A program made the translations under genes and the position numbers. A stretch of 37,677 nt of DNA from a virus. Lineage: Duplodnaviria > Heunggongvirae > Uroviricota > Caudoviricetes. The notes under the pieces are model-generated. The model had not been told where the DNA came from. It searched no databases and worked only from the letters and a program-made list of their open reading frames with translations. This document shows, piece after piece, positions 37,420 through 37,677 of this stretch (positions within the stretch are counted from its first letter, which is position 1; each line of letters opens with the position of its first letter). The DNA lies in IMG/VR virus record IMGVR_UViG_2579778866_000003. One strand, 5' to 3'.

Positions 37420-37677
37420 TCAGGCGTCCAGATTCTCTTTCGCCCATGCAGCAAAATCGGTATAGCCGCCGATATGTTGCTGATCGACAAAAATCTGCGG
37501 CACGGTTTCTACGGGTTTACCTGCCTTTTGTTGTAGATCTTCTTTAGTGATCCCTTCCGCACGAATATCTACATACTGATACTGGAAATCATCGCGTTCA
37601 TTGCTCAATTTCTCAGCCAGATCTTTTGCACGCACACAGTAAGGGCAACCCGGACGACCAAAAATAACGGTTTGCAT
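37420..37677 (-). CDS. grxA: Glutaredoxin 1 (host)
   Basis: 85 aa, MQTVIFGRPGCPYCVRAKDLAEKL with CPYC active site; complete at the window edge. Confidence 0.9.
   Translation of the reverse strand: MQTVIFGRPGCPYCVRAKDLAEKLSNERDDFQYQYVDIRAEGITKEDLQQKAGKPVETVPQIFVDQQHIGGYTDFAAWAKENLDA

Noticed and set aside
1-37677. CRISPR arrays, tRNA/rRNA genes, IS elements
   Set aside because: No regularly spaced direct repeats, no cloverleaf-like tRNA sequence near the junction, and no transposase ORFs with terminal inverted repeats were seen.

Overview
The window is an almost complete P2/186-like temperate prophage (about 1 to 34890) followed by the host genes ybjL, ybjM and grxA (35058-37677). Gene order matches the P2 map: int, cI, apl, cII, early ORFs, TraR-like, dam, replication protein A, cos, then Q-P / O-N-M-L head genes, a lysis cassette, tail and baseplate genes R-S-V-W-J-I-H-G, FI-FII-E/E'-T-U-D and ogr. 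The attachment site beyond int lies outside the window. Three accessory regions interrupt the conserved backbone. (1) An AT-rich gene between int and cI encodes a membrane-anchored coiled-coil protein with a C-terminal T5orf172 (GIY-YIG-like) domain and appears co-transcribed with the repressor. (2) The A-to-Q region carries a LexA-box-controlled tum/DinI-like module, an antisense ASCH-domain gene, an Mrr-like nuclease-fusion gene, a cos-like site, and a TIR-domain gene wedged between cos and the portal gene. (3) An invertible tail-fibre segment is flanked by hix/gix-like sites next to a Hin/Gin-family invertase. The strongest candidates for a previously undescribed anti-phage system are the TIR protein, the Mrr-like nuclease and the T5orf172 protein. 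All domain calls rest on motif recognition and synteny from memory; no database search was run. No CRISPR array, tRNA, rRNA or IS element was seen.
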